Below are positions 38,451 to 57,043 of a stretch of DNA of 64,000 nucleotides, one piece after another. A model generated the notes under the pieces. The model saw nothing but the letters and a program-made list of their open reading frames with translations, was not told the origin of the DNA and did no database searches. The position numbers were made by a program, and so were the translations under genes. Position 1 is the first letter of the stretch. Each line of letters begins with the position of its first letter. Location: the NCBI RefSeq assembly GCF_009914755.1, contig NC_060936.1; one strand, 5' to 3'. The stretch is from the human T2T-CHM13v2.0 reference genome, Homo sapiens.

Positions 38451-40046
38451 TGTTGACTGTCTTTCAATTTCTTTGTGGATTTTGGAACTTTGGTGTGTAG
38501 GCATTTTTCTTTCCCCCCTCTCTGTCTCTCTCCCTCTCTCCCTCCCTCTTTCTCTGTCCAAATGCCTCCATCTGAGTCCTAGGAACCAGGTCTTACAGTG
38601 CCTTTTTGGGACTTCCATCCTATGGAATATTGCAGTGATATTTGTAAATAACTAAACCAGCTGTGAATGCTTTGGCTTTTGGTTGCCACTGCCTCCCCAC
38701 CCCACACCCCCAAGCTTACCGTTTCTTATAAATCTGTAGGCTAGGACTTACATCACCAACACTATTTTGTGGCCTCCTTTCTACAAGCAGTTAAAAGCAT
38801 CTGGCTCCCAGCCTTGACTCAGCTCACTCAGAGCCTTGAGGCCCTCACCCATCAGCAGGTGGCTGCCTCTGCTGGCTTCAGGCCAAGGGCCAGCAGATCC
38901 ATATTTTATCACTTTGTTTTCTGTTCAATTTCTGGTAGAAGAGACATTTAATCTTGTTCTGGAGCCCAGGTGTGTTACTATGAGGTTTTCTTTCTACATA
39001 TTTTCCCTATAATTTGCTCTAAGTTTAGAGCAAAGAGGAAGTCCCTGCACCCTCTGGACTGAATATTTACCTACAGTCCTCGTTCTGGTTTTTATCTGAT
39101 GCTTTTCACTGATGTAGGGAGTTCAGAATTGGAGGCCATTCTGGATTCCAAGAATGGGAATTTGGCTCCTACACTTTGAAACTTCAGATATTCTTTATCT
39201 AGTTGTTTCCAGAACTGAAACTAATAAACTGAGAATAGTTTTATTGCTGGTGAAGTACACGACATTATGATCCTTTGAAATTTTTTATTTTATGGTCCTG
39301 GAATTTAATAAACTTTACCTCATGAGATTTTTTTTTCAAATTACCTGTGTATATATATTAAATTGAATCATCACATTTAACTATTATTTACATATAGTTT
39401 ATGCTGTCACATACCTCTGCTTTGATCCATTCGGTTACTTTCTACCACCTCTTAATACAAGAGCAAGAACAGCAATAAAGCTAGACAAGTGTGTGGGTGA
39501 CAAGAAAGGGATCCTCTGTCCTGGCCTCATGCTCTTAAAATGAGTTACATGAAGGCCAGCACGGTGGCTCACACCCGTAATTCCAGCAGTTTGGGAAGCC
39601 GAGGTTGGTGGATTGCTTGAGATCAGGAGTTCAAGACCAGCCTTGGCAACATGGCAAAACCCTGTCTCTACTAAAAATACAAAAAGCCAGGCATGGTGGC
39701 ACATGCCTGTAACCCCAGCACTTGGGTGGTTGAGGCACAAGAATTGCTTGAACCCAGGAGGCTGAGGTTGTAGTGAGCAGAGATCATGACACCGCACTCC
39801 AGCCTGAGCAACAGAGCAAGATTCTGTCTCAAAAAAAAAAAAAAATGAAAAACAAAAAACAGTTATATGAAAATAGTTTTATTTATTGGAAACCAATAAC
39901 TTGTGGGCTCTTCACTTACAATGCTCACTCAGGTAAAGAAACAAAAAATTCATACTTTTTATCCAAAGTCTTCCATCACTGCACCCTGCCTAGCTCCACC
40001 CAGAGTTCCAGATCCCCCACATTTTTCAGTCTATTTCAAGATAAGG

Positions 40047-40260
40047 CAGTAGTTCTCAACTGGCATGATTTCTCCCTGTAAGGAGCATTTCTAGAGACAT
40101 TTTTGGTTGTCACACTGAGTGAGGGAGAAGGTGCAACTGCTAGCTAGTGGGTAGAGGCCACAGATGCTGCTAAAGATCCCACAAGGTACAGAACAGCTTA
40201 CCACAGCAAAGAACAATCCAACCCAAAATGTCAATATTGCCTAGATGGGAAAATCCTTAA
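40047..40260. mobile_element. MER20 DNA transposon (opposite orientation)
   Basis: cagtagttctcaa...gacatttttggttgtcac...gggtagaggcca.agatgctgctaaa. Confidence 0.8.
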
Positions 40261-40369
40261 ACAGAGGAACATTAATCCTGACTTGAGTGTCATTGCTGAG
40301 GATGTCTACTATATAACCATATACAAGACAGATAGAAATACAGGAAGGTAACTGGGCCAGAATTATTAA

Positions 40370-40525
<156 letters not shown>

Positions 40526-40627
40526 TAGGATTACAGGCGTGTGCCACCACACCTGGCTAATTTTGTATTTTTAGTAGACATAGGGTTTCACCATGTTGGT
40601 CAGGCTGGTTTTGAACTCCCGACCTCA

Positions 40628-40735
<108 letters not shown>

Positions 40736-41859
40736 CTAGCTTTTTTGATTCTGACATTCAGTACAAGGGGAGAGAAACCTCCACCTTGAGATGAGAAGTG
40801 GGGGCCTCAGCCAGTCCTGCCACACACAGGGGCTCCAAGGAATACAATCTTCTTGCAGTTTCTTCAGGTTGAGGCCCTTCCCTCATCCCTCGTCCTGGGA
40901 CCCTACACTTCTGTGTGGCAGAGCAATGTAGTGTAACATTAAAGAATCCAGGCTTTGAGCTCTGAGTTTAAAGCTTGACTCCACTACTTCTAAGCTATAT
41001 CTTACTAAAAGCAGGATTCCCAACTTTTCCATGCTTCTGAATTCTCATCAGAGGCAACACTAGCGTCAACCTCATGGATGAGTTAGGTTTTGTTTCAGCT
41101 CCTGCAGTGTGTAAAGTCAGTAAGTTTCCTGCTAATTTGGCTGAGATTTTGCTCACATTTACCTCTTCAACACCTCTTCTACATGTTGAGAATCAAAAAG
41201 ACATGTGCACACCCATCTTTCCCAGAATCTTTTTGCATGATGGCAATAACACATCATTTAGCACCTGTCATGTACTACCTCCTACGCTCTCCTGTTTGGA
41301 TTCCCTGAGTCAGAGACCATATTGGGCTCCTTTAGTATTTCCCACAGTGATGAATCCATTTGTCTGTGGTAGCGGGGCATGTGCATGCAAACTCTGGGGC
41401 TAGATAGCCTCCTTTCCAATCCTGGCTCCTACTCACAAGCGTCGTGACTTTCAGCTAGTTACCTAACTTCCCAAGTTTTCATATAAATAATATGAAGATT
41501 ATAATGATACATACCTCATGGTACTGTGGATTAAATAACTCAACATATGTCAAATGCTTTGAACAGTCTGACACATTGTAAATGGTATATAAGTGATGAT
41601 TATCATCGTCATTGGTATTTTATGGTCAATTTTAAGTTACAAATAATTACAATTTGATACATCATTAGAAATTTTTGAGGGTGGGCCAGGCACGGTGGCT
41701 CACGCCTGTAATCCCAGCATTTTGGGAGGCTGAGGCAGACGGATCGCCTGAGGTCAGGAGTTCGAGACCAGCCTGGCCAGCATGGTGAAACCCTGTCTCT
41801 ACTAAAAATACAAAAATTAGCTGGGAGTGGTGGTGCATGCCTGTAATCCCAGCTACTCA

Positions 41860-42054
<195 letters not shown>

Positions 42055-44054
42055 CTAGAAGCATATTCAGTTTCTAACACCAAATGGAGCAAAAGAGGTA
42101 ACACCAAGCACAAAGGAGGTCCCACCACTGACTACTTTCTCTAATTGTGCCGTGACCTTAGTAGAACCTCTTTTCATCACTGTTTTAGCAATGTTGTCTC
42201 AACATATTAATGTAAGTAAAAGGAGTTGCCTTTGAAGAATGTAGTCAGGAACCAACTCCCTACGTTTCTTCCTATCCTCAGTGCCACGCACAAAGTAGCA
42301 AAACAAGTGTTTGTTGTGCTGAGTTGACTCATTCAAACTGTGTAATACCAGAGGAGGGAGTTTCAGCAGCCGCGTGAACAACATAAGAGATCAGCTGCTT
42401 TATTAAAAACTAGAGCAGACCAGGTCCCCATACCCTTATCACCATGCTTTCCAGATAGGTTTCATGTCTCATTTTATTAAAAATCGATCCATGATTATTT
42501 AACAGTCTTTATATCATTCATGAGACATCAAAGGCTGAATCTGTAACTCTTAGGGAACTGTCCTATAGAGTGAAAAATCAGAGGAAGAATCTTCAGTTTG
42601 GTCAAGGCTGCTACCATCACACTCCATTACATGGAAATATACCTCATACTTAGAATTTGTTTCTAATAGAACTGGAACAATAGAATTCCATTAAACCTGA
42701 TTAGCATGTAATTAAGTAACGGCTGGGAGCAAAGCACTATGCCAGACATCTGGGGTCTATAAAAATTAACAAAATACGGTGGCCGTCAAGGCACTAACAG
42801 GTGGTAGAGGAGAGAGATGGAGCTCTAATCCAGTGGGAATGAAATCTTAAAAAGGTTCATCAAGAAGACAGCATTTGAGATGGCCTTTGAGCTGCATCAA
42901 AGACTGCAAAGCAGAGGTCCTCTCAGGCTCTTGGTACCACATATATGGGAAGCCCCTCTTTGAGAAGGTGGGAAAATGACCACAGTCACACACTAGACAG
43001 AGATGACAGAGAGGTCATCTTTTATATTTAAGAAACCTCGGGCACTCTGTGCTCCAAGTAGAGAAGGACTGTTGGGAGCACTTCCATCCAAGGCCTTCCA
43101 CACATGGCCCCCATTTGCCTTTTGAAACCCACCGTCCTTCGATTGTTCAACTGGAGCTTCCACTCCTCGGTCCTTGTTTTTGGTTTTTTTTTGAGATGGA
43201 GTTTCACTCTTGTTGCCCAGGCTGGAGTGCAATGGCGCAATCTCAATTCACTGCAACCTCCGCCTCCTGGTTGGAGTGATTCTCCTTCCTCAGCCTCCCA
43301 AGTAGCTGGGATTACAGATGCATACCACCATGCCAGGCTAATTTTTGTATTTTTAGTAGAGACGGGGTTTCGCCATGTTGGCCAGGCTGTTCTCGAACTC
43401 CCGACCTCAGGTGATCCTCCCACCTCGGCCTCCCAAAGTGTTGGGTTTACAGGCGTGAGACACCGTGCCCAGCCACTCCTCACTCCTTGTAAATGCAACT
43501 TACTCATTTCAGACTCAGTGCCTTTTTTCAGTACTCTGTTCCATTACATTCTGCTCAGAATGACTTTATCCCTCTTCCCAGCCAAACGCAGTAGTTCTCT
43601 TCTATCAAGCACCAAGCCTACAACTCACTTCTTCCACAAAGCCTTCTTTGACTATTCTGGCCACTGGAGTGCTTTTCTCTCTTGTACTCTGTACTTATGG
43701 CTAACAAGCTCTTTTGAGGTTGTTCTCCGCAGTAGAGTTGCTAGCAAGAGTGAACCAGCTTTTCCTTAAGGACATAGTTTTAGAGATTCTAGAGCTATCT
43801 CTGCCCCACTCCTGATCATTTGCCCTTGGGCTGCTGCTACTGGTCTGAAGGGAAGGCAGACTCAGATGCTCAAAGCCTGCATCACAATTTGCAAGAAGTC
43901 TTTTTGTTTGTTTGTTTGTTTGTTTTTAAAATTTTCAAAGGCTGACTTATACGTGTCAACTTTTTTTTGAAAGGACATGGCAAAAAGGCAAATTAAACAA
44001 GAAAACAGTTCCTGAATAGTATAGCGAGTGTCTTTTTTTAAGAAACAAAATTAC

Positions 44055-44882
<828 letters not shown>

Positions 44883-46123
44883 TTTTTACTCTAATACAGA
44901 AGTATTTTTAAAAAGTTATTATTAGAATGGCTTTTTCTATAGATTTTTTTTGGCTAGTGGATAAAGTTACTCAAGAATAGGTCAATGCTTTATCTAAAAA
45001 ATGAAGGCAAAATGATAAAGCCACCTTCAAAAGTGGCTGCTATGAGATGTTAAAGCTTATTTTTTTCTGAGACATAAGAATATCAGAGGTGCCACCTTTG
45101 TCAAAGCCCACTAAATCTCTGTGAGCTCTAACAATAACACCAACAGAAATATCCAAGGGAAACGTGCATTCTTAGAACATTCTCAGAGATTAGAGCTGCT
45201 TTCTGCAAATCAGTTTCCATTAATAACCCACTGTATATGTCACTCATGAGTTAATCTAACCTATTTATATTCACACAACTTTGGTTCAAATTGTTTCTTC
45301 AAACTCACGACTCAATTTAAATAACACAATCAGAATTCAGTGCGAACAGAAGTGGATAAAGATTTGGAGAAGTTCAGATTTTTACCTGTATAATATGGTT
45401 TTAAACATGTTTAAAAAATCTAATTCAGTTTATGAAGTTTTATAAATCTATGAATAGTACACCGTTAAGGAGATTTGTATGGTAGGGTAAAAAAATTGGG
45501 TATAAAAATAAAAACAAAAATTTGTAGTTTGTATTAAAAAAGAGCAATCAGAGCTCAATAACTAGTCATTCAACATCTGATACAATCTCCAGTACTCAAA
45601 ATAGATTAAGACTGACATTTCACTTACTATGACTAAGGCAGTAACAGCCCAAGTAAAGTTTGGTTAAACTGCACTCAACAATCTAGGTCACAGAGAATAA
45701 AAGAGGCAAGCAAAGTCATCAAGATACTTTTTATATCAAAGGAGGGATGAGAGTCGATTAAATAAATTGCAACTTTATTTTCCTTAAAGACCTCTTCTCT
45801 AAAAGGCATGTATCCTGATTGCATTATTATTAATTACGTCCTTGTTACTTTTATAAGGCAAGGCAAGGACACTAGAATCAAGTAATGGTAGAACTAGAAG
45901 AAACATTTATTTTAGACTCATTATAATTTCAATTTAAAAATCTCTGCCCACATGGAGCTATTGTTTCAAGATGGCTGGAAATAAATGCACCAACCGTTTA
46001 TTTTTAATTACTCTTCCCTGCTCTGTTGTTCTCAAGGAGTGACCCCACCTCTCATTTGCTTTCTACCAGACAACAAGTGACTAGTAGGATGAAATGACTT
46101 TGCTGTCTTTAAAATCATTTCAT

Positions 46124-46548
46124 GGCTGGGTATGGTGGCTCACACCTGTAATTCCAACACGTTGGGAGGCAAAGATGGGAGGATGACTTGAGGTCAGGAG
46201 TTTAGGACCAGCCTGGGCAACATGGGGAGACCCTGTCTTTGCAAAAATATATAAAATAAAACAAAATGGTTTCATGGGATGGGAAGATTTTTAAGAAGTA
46301 AGTGCCATGAGAATTAAAGAGTGCCACACTTGGAGGTTTTGTTCCTTTTAGGCAGGTACTGATTATGGGAGCAAATGCAATTCTGAGCTGGGCACAGTGG
46401 CTCATGCTTGTGGTCCCAACTACTCAGGAGGCTGAGGTGGAAGGATTGCTTGAGCCCAGGAGATCAAGGCTGTGGTGAGCTATGATCGCCACTGCACTCC
46501 AGCCTGGCAACAAAGCGAGACTGTGTCCCATGCCTCACCCCCGCAAAA
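46124..46548 (+). mobile_element. Two Alu monomers (FLAM-like 46124-46265, FRAM-like 46387-46548)
   Basis: Each has its own TSD: aaaat..tttcatgg and aaatgcaattctga. Confidence 0.8.
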
Positions 46549-46697
46549 ATGCAATTCTGATAATGTCTCTATCACACATGTGAACTCCAGCTACTCTTCA
46601 GTTCTAATGTGCAATGCCAGGAAGATGAGAGTCACTGTGGAACATGGGAAGGACAGGGGTTGCCTGGCAGTGGCTCTACCATGACTGGGATACTTAC

Positions 46698-46917
46698 GGG
46701 GCAGTGAGGTAACCCTCCAAAAAGCCAGCCACAAACATGATGATCTCATTGCTCAGGGTTTGAGAGCCATAGCCAGCTCTGATCTCCAGGATGCCCCAGC
46801 CTGTGGTTTTCACAGAGTTATTGTAAAAGCCATAGGCGTCCCCATTCTTGTCCATTACATTTTTGACTTGTACTGTCTTTTCAGCAGGCATCCAGTATGC
46901 AGTTGCATAGTAGACTC
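46698..46917 (-). CDS. PLBD1: PLBD1 exon 2 (220 nt)
   Basis: [14 protein letters not shown]...[10 protein letters not shown]; acceptor ttctag|GA, donor CC|GTAAGT; phase fits exons 1 and 3. Confidence 0.97.
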
Positions 46918-47236
46918 CTAGAAGAAAAGGGAATAATGACAAAAACGCCATTCAAATGAGTTGTGATGCATTTTTTTCCTATGTATCCAACAATTTCAAG
47001 ACGTTTGCTTTTAAAGATTTCCATTCTATTAGAATTGGGAAATCTGCCGTTACAGTTTGCCCTTAATTCCAAGTGGGGAAAAACTGGAATCCCAATCAAG
47101 GGGGATAAGCCCAAAACACAAAGAGCAAGGTCAAAGGTGGGGGTGTAGCTACAGCATCATAGAGGTGAGCCTGAGTGTTTCATCCTTAGAGGGTGGGAAT
47201 CTGGGCAGGGCTGGAGCTGGACCTTACGCCTACTTA

Positions 47237-47475
47237 TTGAGAGCTTGTTTGGAGGTTCTCGCAGGATGGCTCAGCTAGTTGTATACCCTTGACTGAAGAC
47301 CGATCCTCCTCTATCAGGGATGATCGTCCTCTTTGACTGAGCGCTCAGCTTCAGGAGGGACGCACATGGAGCAGTGAGGGAGGAAGGGGACACCCGCCTA
47401 GCCAGCCAGATCAGCCAAATCAACCCTGGTGGTCAATGGGGTGACAGATGTCGCAGCCAGATTGCCCTCACTTCC
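47237..47475 (-). pseudogene. 7SK snRNA retropseudogene (RN7SKP family), 3'-truncated, no poly(A)
   Basis: Reverse complement GGAAGTGAGGGCAATCTGGCTGCGACATCTGTCACCCCATTG...CAAACAAGCTCTCAA matches roughly the first 240 nt of 7SK. TSD acgcctactt at 47226-47235 and 47477-47486. Confidence 0.95.
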
Positions 47476-47899
47476 AACGCCTACTTCTTAATTCAGACAA
47501 GAATAGGGCTCTTGTCCCTAGTCAGCAACTTCTTCCATTCCCCTTAACAGGTGGAACAAAACATCACCTTTCTCAGGCTCCTTATCCCTTGTCTCCTGCT
47601 TAATTCATCTAATGTCATATGACATTAGATTCTTTGCAGAAAAACTAGAAGCTATCACCTGTGACTCCGTATGGTGTTGATAATTTTGTGGGTCCGTCCC
47701 TACACAATCCCTGCACTCATCACGCCCATCTCTCCATTCTGGTTCACCTCCATTCTTTGACCCATGCTCTGGATCTCACTCTACCACCTTTAGGAACTCT
47801 GTTCTATCTTGTATCCTCTCGCTTCTGTGCCCTAAAGCTCCCTCTCTCGGCAGTAGCTTCTCCCCCTTTGGCATAGTTAACATGCTCCATTGTCTCATA

Positions 47900-49510
<1,611 letters not shown>

Positions 49511-49692
49511 TAGGAAGAAAGAGAAAGAAACAAGGAAATAAGACATGGAGAAAGGAAATGGTAAAATATGACGTGTTCTTTTCTCTGTCTGAGAAGCCAT
49601 TACACATGTGCTCTGGTTGAAGAATCTATACATTCAGGTCAGTCATCAGAGAGGTGGGAGGACGCCAGAATGACTATCAGGTTTTAGGCTGA

Positions 49693-50515
<823 letters not shown>

Positions 50516-50527
50516 GACTGTCTGTCA

Positions 50528-51570
50528 CGCTTTTCAAAATAATACATACATGTGGCCAACAAGCATGTGAAAAAAAGCTCAACATCACTGATAATTAGCA
50601 AAATGCAAATCAAAACCACAATGAAATACCACTCCACATGAGTCAAAATGGCTATTATTTAAAATGTCAAAAAAATAACAGGTGCTGGTGAAGTTTCAGA
50701 GAAAAAGGAATGCTTATACACTGTCGGTGACAGTGTAAATCAGTTCAACCATTGTGGTGATTCCTCAAAGACCTAAAAACAGAAATACCATTCAACCCAG
50801 TAATCCCATTACTGGGCATATACTCAAAGGAATATAAATTGTTCTGTCATAAAGACACATGCACACATATGTTCATTGCAGCACTACTCACAATAGCAAA
50901 GACATGGAATTAACCTAAAGGCCCATCAGTGGTAGACTGGATAAAGAAATTGTGGTACATATACAGCATGAAATACTATGCAGCCATAAAAAAGGATAAA
51001 ATAATGTGCTTTGCAGGAACATGGATGGAGCTGGAGGCCATTATCCTGAGCAAACTAACGTAGGAACAGAAAACCAAATACTGCATGCTCTCACTTATAA
51101 GTAGGAGCTAAACGATGAGACACATCCTTTAGTCCATTATGTTTCTAATGGACACATAGAAGGGAACAACAGACACTGGGACCTACTTCAGGGTGGAGGG
51201 AAGAAGGAGAGAATCAGGAAAAATAACTAATGGGTACTAAGCTTAATACCTGGGTGATGAAATAATTCATACAATGACTCCTGTGACACACATTTACCTA
51301 TACAGTAAACCCGCACATGTATCCCTGAACTTAAAATAAAAGTTAAAAACAGAAATACCATTCAACCCAGTAATCCCATTACTGGGCATATACCCAAAGG
51401 AATATAAATTGTTCTATCATAAAGACACTTGCATACGTATGTTCATTGCAGCATTATTCACAATAGCAAAGACACAGAATCAACCTAAATGCCCATCAGT
51501 GGTAAACTGGATAAAGAAATTGTGGTACATATACACAATGAAATACTACGTAGCCAAAAAAAAAAAAAAA
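50528..51570 (+). mobile_element. L1PA/PB-type 3' fragment with an internal ~215-bp segment repeated after the 3' end
   Basis: ORF2 C-terminal and 3'UTR sequence; 50775-50990 recurs at 51345-51555, followed by poly(A). Confidence 0.9.
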
Positions 51571-52812
51571 AAGACTGTCTATCAAATATGCACTAAAAGT
51601 AGAGTCTTAATACTAGAGCATCATGGCACCGTGCTCCAGGGGCTCGGTGATAGGCTGGGGCTTAGTCAGGCTTAGAAACTAATCCTGATTAAACGCTTAA
51701 GGAATGATCTGAGTAGGCCTAAGTCAATTGACTTCTGAGTACAATGACCATCATGGCAGGCCTTCACAATCGTTAATCGGAAGTAATGGCATTAAGAAAT
51801 AGGGAGGTGTCAAATAATTTGCCAATAAACTGCGGGTGACAAATAATTGTCTGATTGTTAATGGAGCCATTTGGCCACAATTTGACAATTGTAGGCAGCA
51901 CCCACAGAAACTTCCCTTCTCCACCCAAAGGCAATAAATGTGTTTTCCAAATCCATTTTTGACCATATATCCCCAGCTTTTCTCACACATTCCCTTCCAC
52001 CCTCGACTCCAGGGAGCGTTGTAGGGAAATGAGGAAGTGTGGCTGCTGGAATAAAAAGCAGAGTCATAAACAGGAACCATAAAAGAAAAAAGGAAGGTGT
52101 GTCTCTTCTCTTTTCTTTCTACCCACAAAGCATGATTTTAGCTTTTTCTTCTTCTCCAAAACCTTGGCATTTCTCATCGTAAGCACCCCAGGCCTGCCTT
52201 CCCCTTCCCTTTCCAATCAACTCCTTTTTGCTGTAATTTGGGGCTTGCTCAAGGCAACCTGAGTACTAAACCAAGAGCTATGTTTTCACTGTTGCTGGTC
52301 CTACCTAATTTCCTGACCACAAAAAGAAACTTCTGCAAATATGTGCTTTTTTGACACTCGTGTACCTCCATGAATGAAAAAACCTTTACTCAATCCCCAA
52401 GAGATTTTGGTGAGAAAAATGTCCTGCCAACAGCTTAGCATGTGCTTTGAGAATAAAGCCAAAATCAGAGTTTTCACTCCACTCCAACCGAGGTCCTCCA
52501 TTCCTCAATGTTTTCTCTAAGTTTCAACTCTTCCTGGTTTTCCCAGTATTCATGCTATTTTCTGATTTTCTTAAATCCTGTAATAGTTTAAGCCATTATA
52601 CTTTTCCATTTTTTAAAAACATCTTCATGATGGGAGGTGGCTGGTATGAAAAATGTAATAGTGAAAAGGTAGAAAAATAGTACATAATTCTAATGCAAAC
52701 CTAGTTTTATACAAGCTCTGTGAAAGCGCGGACTGTTTCTGCTTAACACTCTATAAACCTGACAAAATAATGTTTCTTTGATGAATCTAGTTTGTGTGTG
52801 TTCTCTAAATGA

Positions 52813-53001
<189 letters not shown>

Positions 53002-53351
53002 TGAAATAACTCAAGTAATTATGTTTTCAAGCCTGGGTGAGAAACTTACTAAATGGCTCGGAATCTTGGATTAAGTCTACCCAGCCCCAAGAGCAAGAGC
53101 TATTTGTTGGTATTTTCTTTAGAGTTGTGAAAAGGAAAAGTCAGAATTCAAACATTTTAACAGCAATATCCTCAAAATCAATGCACTTGATTAAATATCT
53201 GTTGAATGAATGGGAATCTTATTTATAAAAAGTATTTTTTTCTATAAATAAAGATGGAAAATGTGCCATCATTTTTATATTTCTCTCTGTAAAAGCCCAA
53301 ACACCAAAATTAAATTTATTTTATTAATATTTACTTGTATACTCTGATTAA

Positions 53352-53668
<317 letters not shown>

Positions 53669-54204
53669 TAATATTTTCTATGAGTTCATTGTTTTCAGTT
53701 GAAAAAATTCCTACCCTGTCTTAGGAAAAAAAATGTATAAAATACTCATAAGTAGCTTAAACTATTCTCTCCCATATTTGGATTCTATAATAATTTTTCT
53801 AGCACCTCATTTATGAAAGAGCAGGTAGTTTTCAACCCCAAGCAATGCAATGTTTACTTAATATATTCAGAAGTCAGAGGGGAAAAAAAGAGAAAGAAAT
53901 GAGAAAGAGAACAAGCAAAAGATGTTGGAGAAAATAGAAAAAAATTAAAATGAAAACAATCTATTCATATTGGGTTTAGCTAAAAATTCACTGGTTTTGG
54001 TCCTTGAATTGCTTTTCTCTTTTATGTCTGCTCGGCTAGTCTCTCAGTATACCTCTGTGTACCTTGGCATTGCACTTGCCTTCTTTGAAAGGTCTCTCAG
54101 TAAATTGATACCTGGTTTTTGGATTTGTTTTGACTCTTCATCGGAGTCACTAACGAAATAACTGATTTGTAAATTAAACAATCTCCAGTAAACAAAATTG
54201 CAAG

Positions 54205-54675
54205 TAGGTGTTTAAGCCTTGGCTCTCTCCAGATATCAGAGACTAAGATGCCTGCTGGAAGGAGGATTATTTTGGCAAGTACTTCCAGAGAACAGGAGTG
54301 GTGGGCTGGGAGAGTGAAAGGGAGGAACACCGATTGAAGGGTGCATTCTGAGCTGGTTTCCACTGTGGACACAGGGGTTGATCCCACTGGGACTAGCCTC
54401 GGAAATCTTCATCCCAGGGATGGAGGACCCAGCTACCTGCTCCCATACTACAAAGGTCAAACGTTGCCCTAGGAAGGGTTAACTCCCTCACTCCATGTCT
54501 GCATGTGCTCCAGGACTAAGTGGCTGTGATTTCAGAGACGCCCTGAGGTGGAAATTAAGAGATTTCTACAGTGAGGTTGAGATGAGGCACCTCAGATCAC
54601 CTGCAGGAAGTGGAAATAAAAGGCAAGTGAGAGGATGTGAGGTGGGCCTCAGGGTCAGGAAGTGCAGGACACACT
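54205..54675. mobile_element. Old ERVL-type LTR (LTR16/LTR33-like)
   Basis: Purine-rich LTR-like phrases; family assignment uncertain. Confidence 0.4.
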
Positions 54676-55022
54676 AGATAAGTAGAAAGGGATACAGCTT
54701 TAAAAACTAGCTTCAAAACAACAATCCACAAATGCAGAAAAATGCCGGAGATTTGCTTAGATCTGGAATGATCCCTTTCCTTCATCCCGTTGAAACATAC
54801 CGATTTGTCACTGGCAGCTGAAATCAGAGTTCTTGCCAAAAGCCCTATCAGCTGAAAGTCAACTTTGCCCCATTCTGGTTCCATGCTGTTAGGTCAGTCC
54901 TCATCTAGATTACTCATTAATTATGCATTTGTGTCTGCTTGGTCCTAAAAATTTGATTACAAGCTCCTTGCAGATGAGAGGTGGAGTCTCACATTTCATT
55001 GTATCCACTCCCTTGGGCCTAG

Positions 55023-55187
<165 letters not shown>

Positions 55188-55753
55188 TAGCTGGGATCAC
55201 AAGCGTGCGCCACGCCACACCTGGCTAATTTTGTATTTTTAGCAGAGACGGGGTTTGTCCATGTTGGTCAGGCTGGTCTCGAACTCTCAACCTAAGGTGA
55301 TCTGCCTGCCTTGACCTCCCAAAGTCTTGGGATTACAGGCGTGAGCCACTGCACCTGGCCTGGATCCCAAACTTTCACACTGGCTGGGAAGGTCACACCT
55401 GGTGACAGACTTTATCAAGTTATATAAACTTGATAGTACAGTCATTCTCGATTTCTAATTATGAATTAGAACTTTGGTGTCCTAGGTTTGCAAATGACCT
55501 GAAAGAGAATAACACCGGTGTGAATAACTTGACACTCCCTTATGCTGAAATTATTACTGCATATGCAAGGCAGATGGACAAATTTCAGAGCCAGCCTGTC
55601 TCTTTCGTTGAAGTGCTCATTCTGTTTTCATCTCTCTCAATCAAGAGACTTCCACAGTTTTCTCTAGGAAGACTGTATCATGGCCAGGTGTGGTAGCTCA
55701 TGCCTGTAATCCCAGCACTTTGGAGGCCAAGGCAGTCTGATCACCTGAGGTCA

Positions 55754-56008
<255 letters not shown>

Positions 56009-56878
56009 TTATCTGTGTAGACAGTGTTTCAAGTCTTAAGCTAAAATTTCCCCATAATTTCACTACCTCTATTTCATTTTTTACCACATTAATTCCTGTT
56101 TTGCAGTAGTAAAAAGAAGCTCCGTAATAACATTATTAACACATTTTCTAGTCACATTTTCAAGCTGGATGTTCGAAAGATTGTAACATATAAGTTGTAT
56201 AAACTAGACTCCATTCCATTTTTTTGAAAGGCAAAACCTAAATGCATAAAAATTACTTAAAATGCTGAAGAAAATAAATCCCTTTGGTTTTATTCCATGA
56301 AGGGTACCACTACCTCTTTTATTTTGCTGTCTCCATAGTTAATGCCTTATAATGTGAAATCTAATAAAAGCAAAGGATAACAAGTGACAATGTAAAATTC
56401 ATGTCTAAAGAAGTATGAAAACAAAAATTTCTTTTCTGCATGTCAACACTCAAGACAAAGTTCATATGTTTCTTAGTATATATATTATAAAAATAAGCCA
56501 CCATGAAATTTTTTTAAAAAAATTGTTTTACTTCAATGTAAACACTGAAGGAGGATCCTTTTAAATATTCTTCTAAAGATTTTTATCTTTGCTACCAAAT
56601 TTATGTTTTCAGAAGGACCAGGAAACAAAGTTTAATAATGAAGATAAGTGGGCACTTCCTTCAGACTTTGTTCTGGAATTTATCTTGTGTACATTATGCA
56701 AACAAGTTGATAAAGGGAGAGCACAAGAAAATGTTCAAGTTGGGACTGGGCACGATGGCTCACACCTGTAATCTCAGCACTTCGGGAGGCCAGGGCAGGC
56801 GATGCACTTGAGGCCAGGAGTTTGAGACCAACCTGGGCAAAATAGTGAACCTCATCTCTACAAAAAATACAAAAATCA

Positions 56879-57043
<165 letters not shown>

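Noticed and set aside
43104-43769. Longest ORF in the track (221 aa) and the many similar 60-160 aa ORFs
   Set aside because: They translate Alu sequence (e.g. [23 protein letters not shown]) and often use non-ATG starts; they are not genes.
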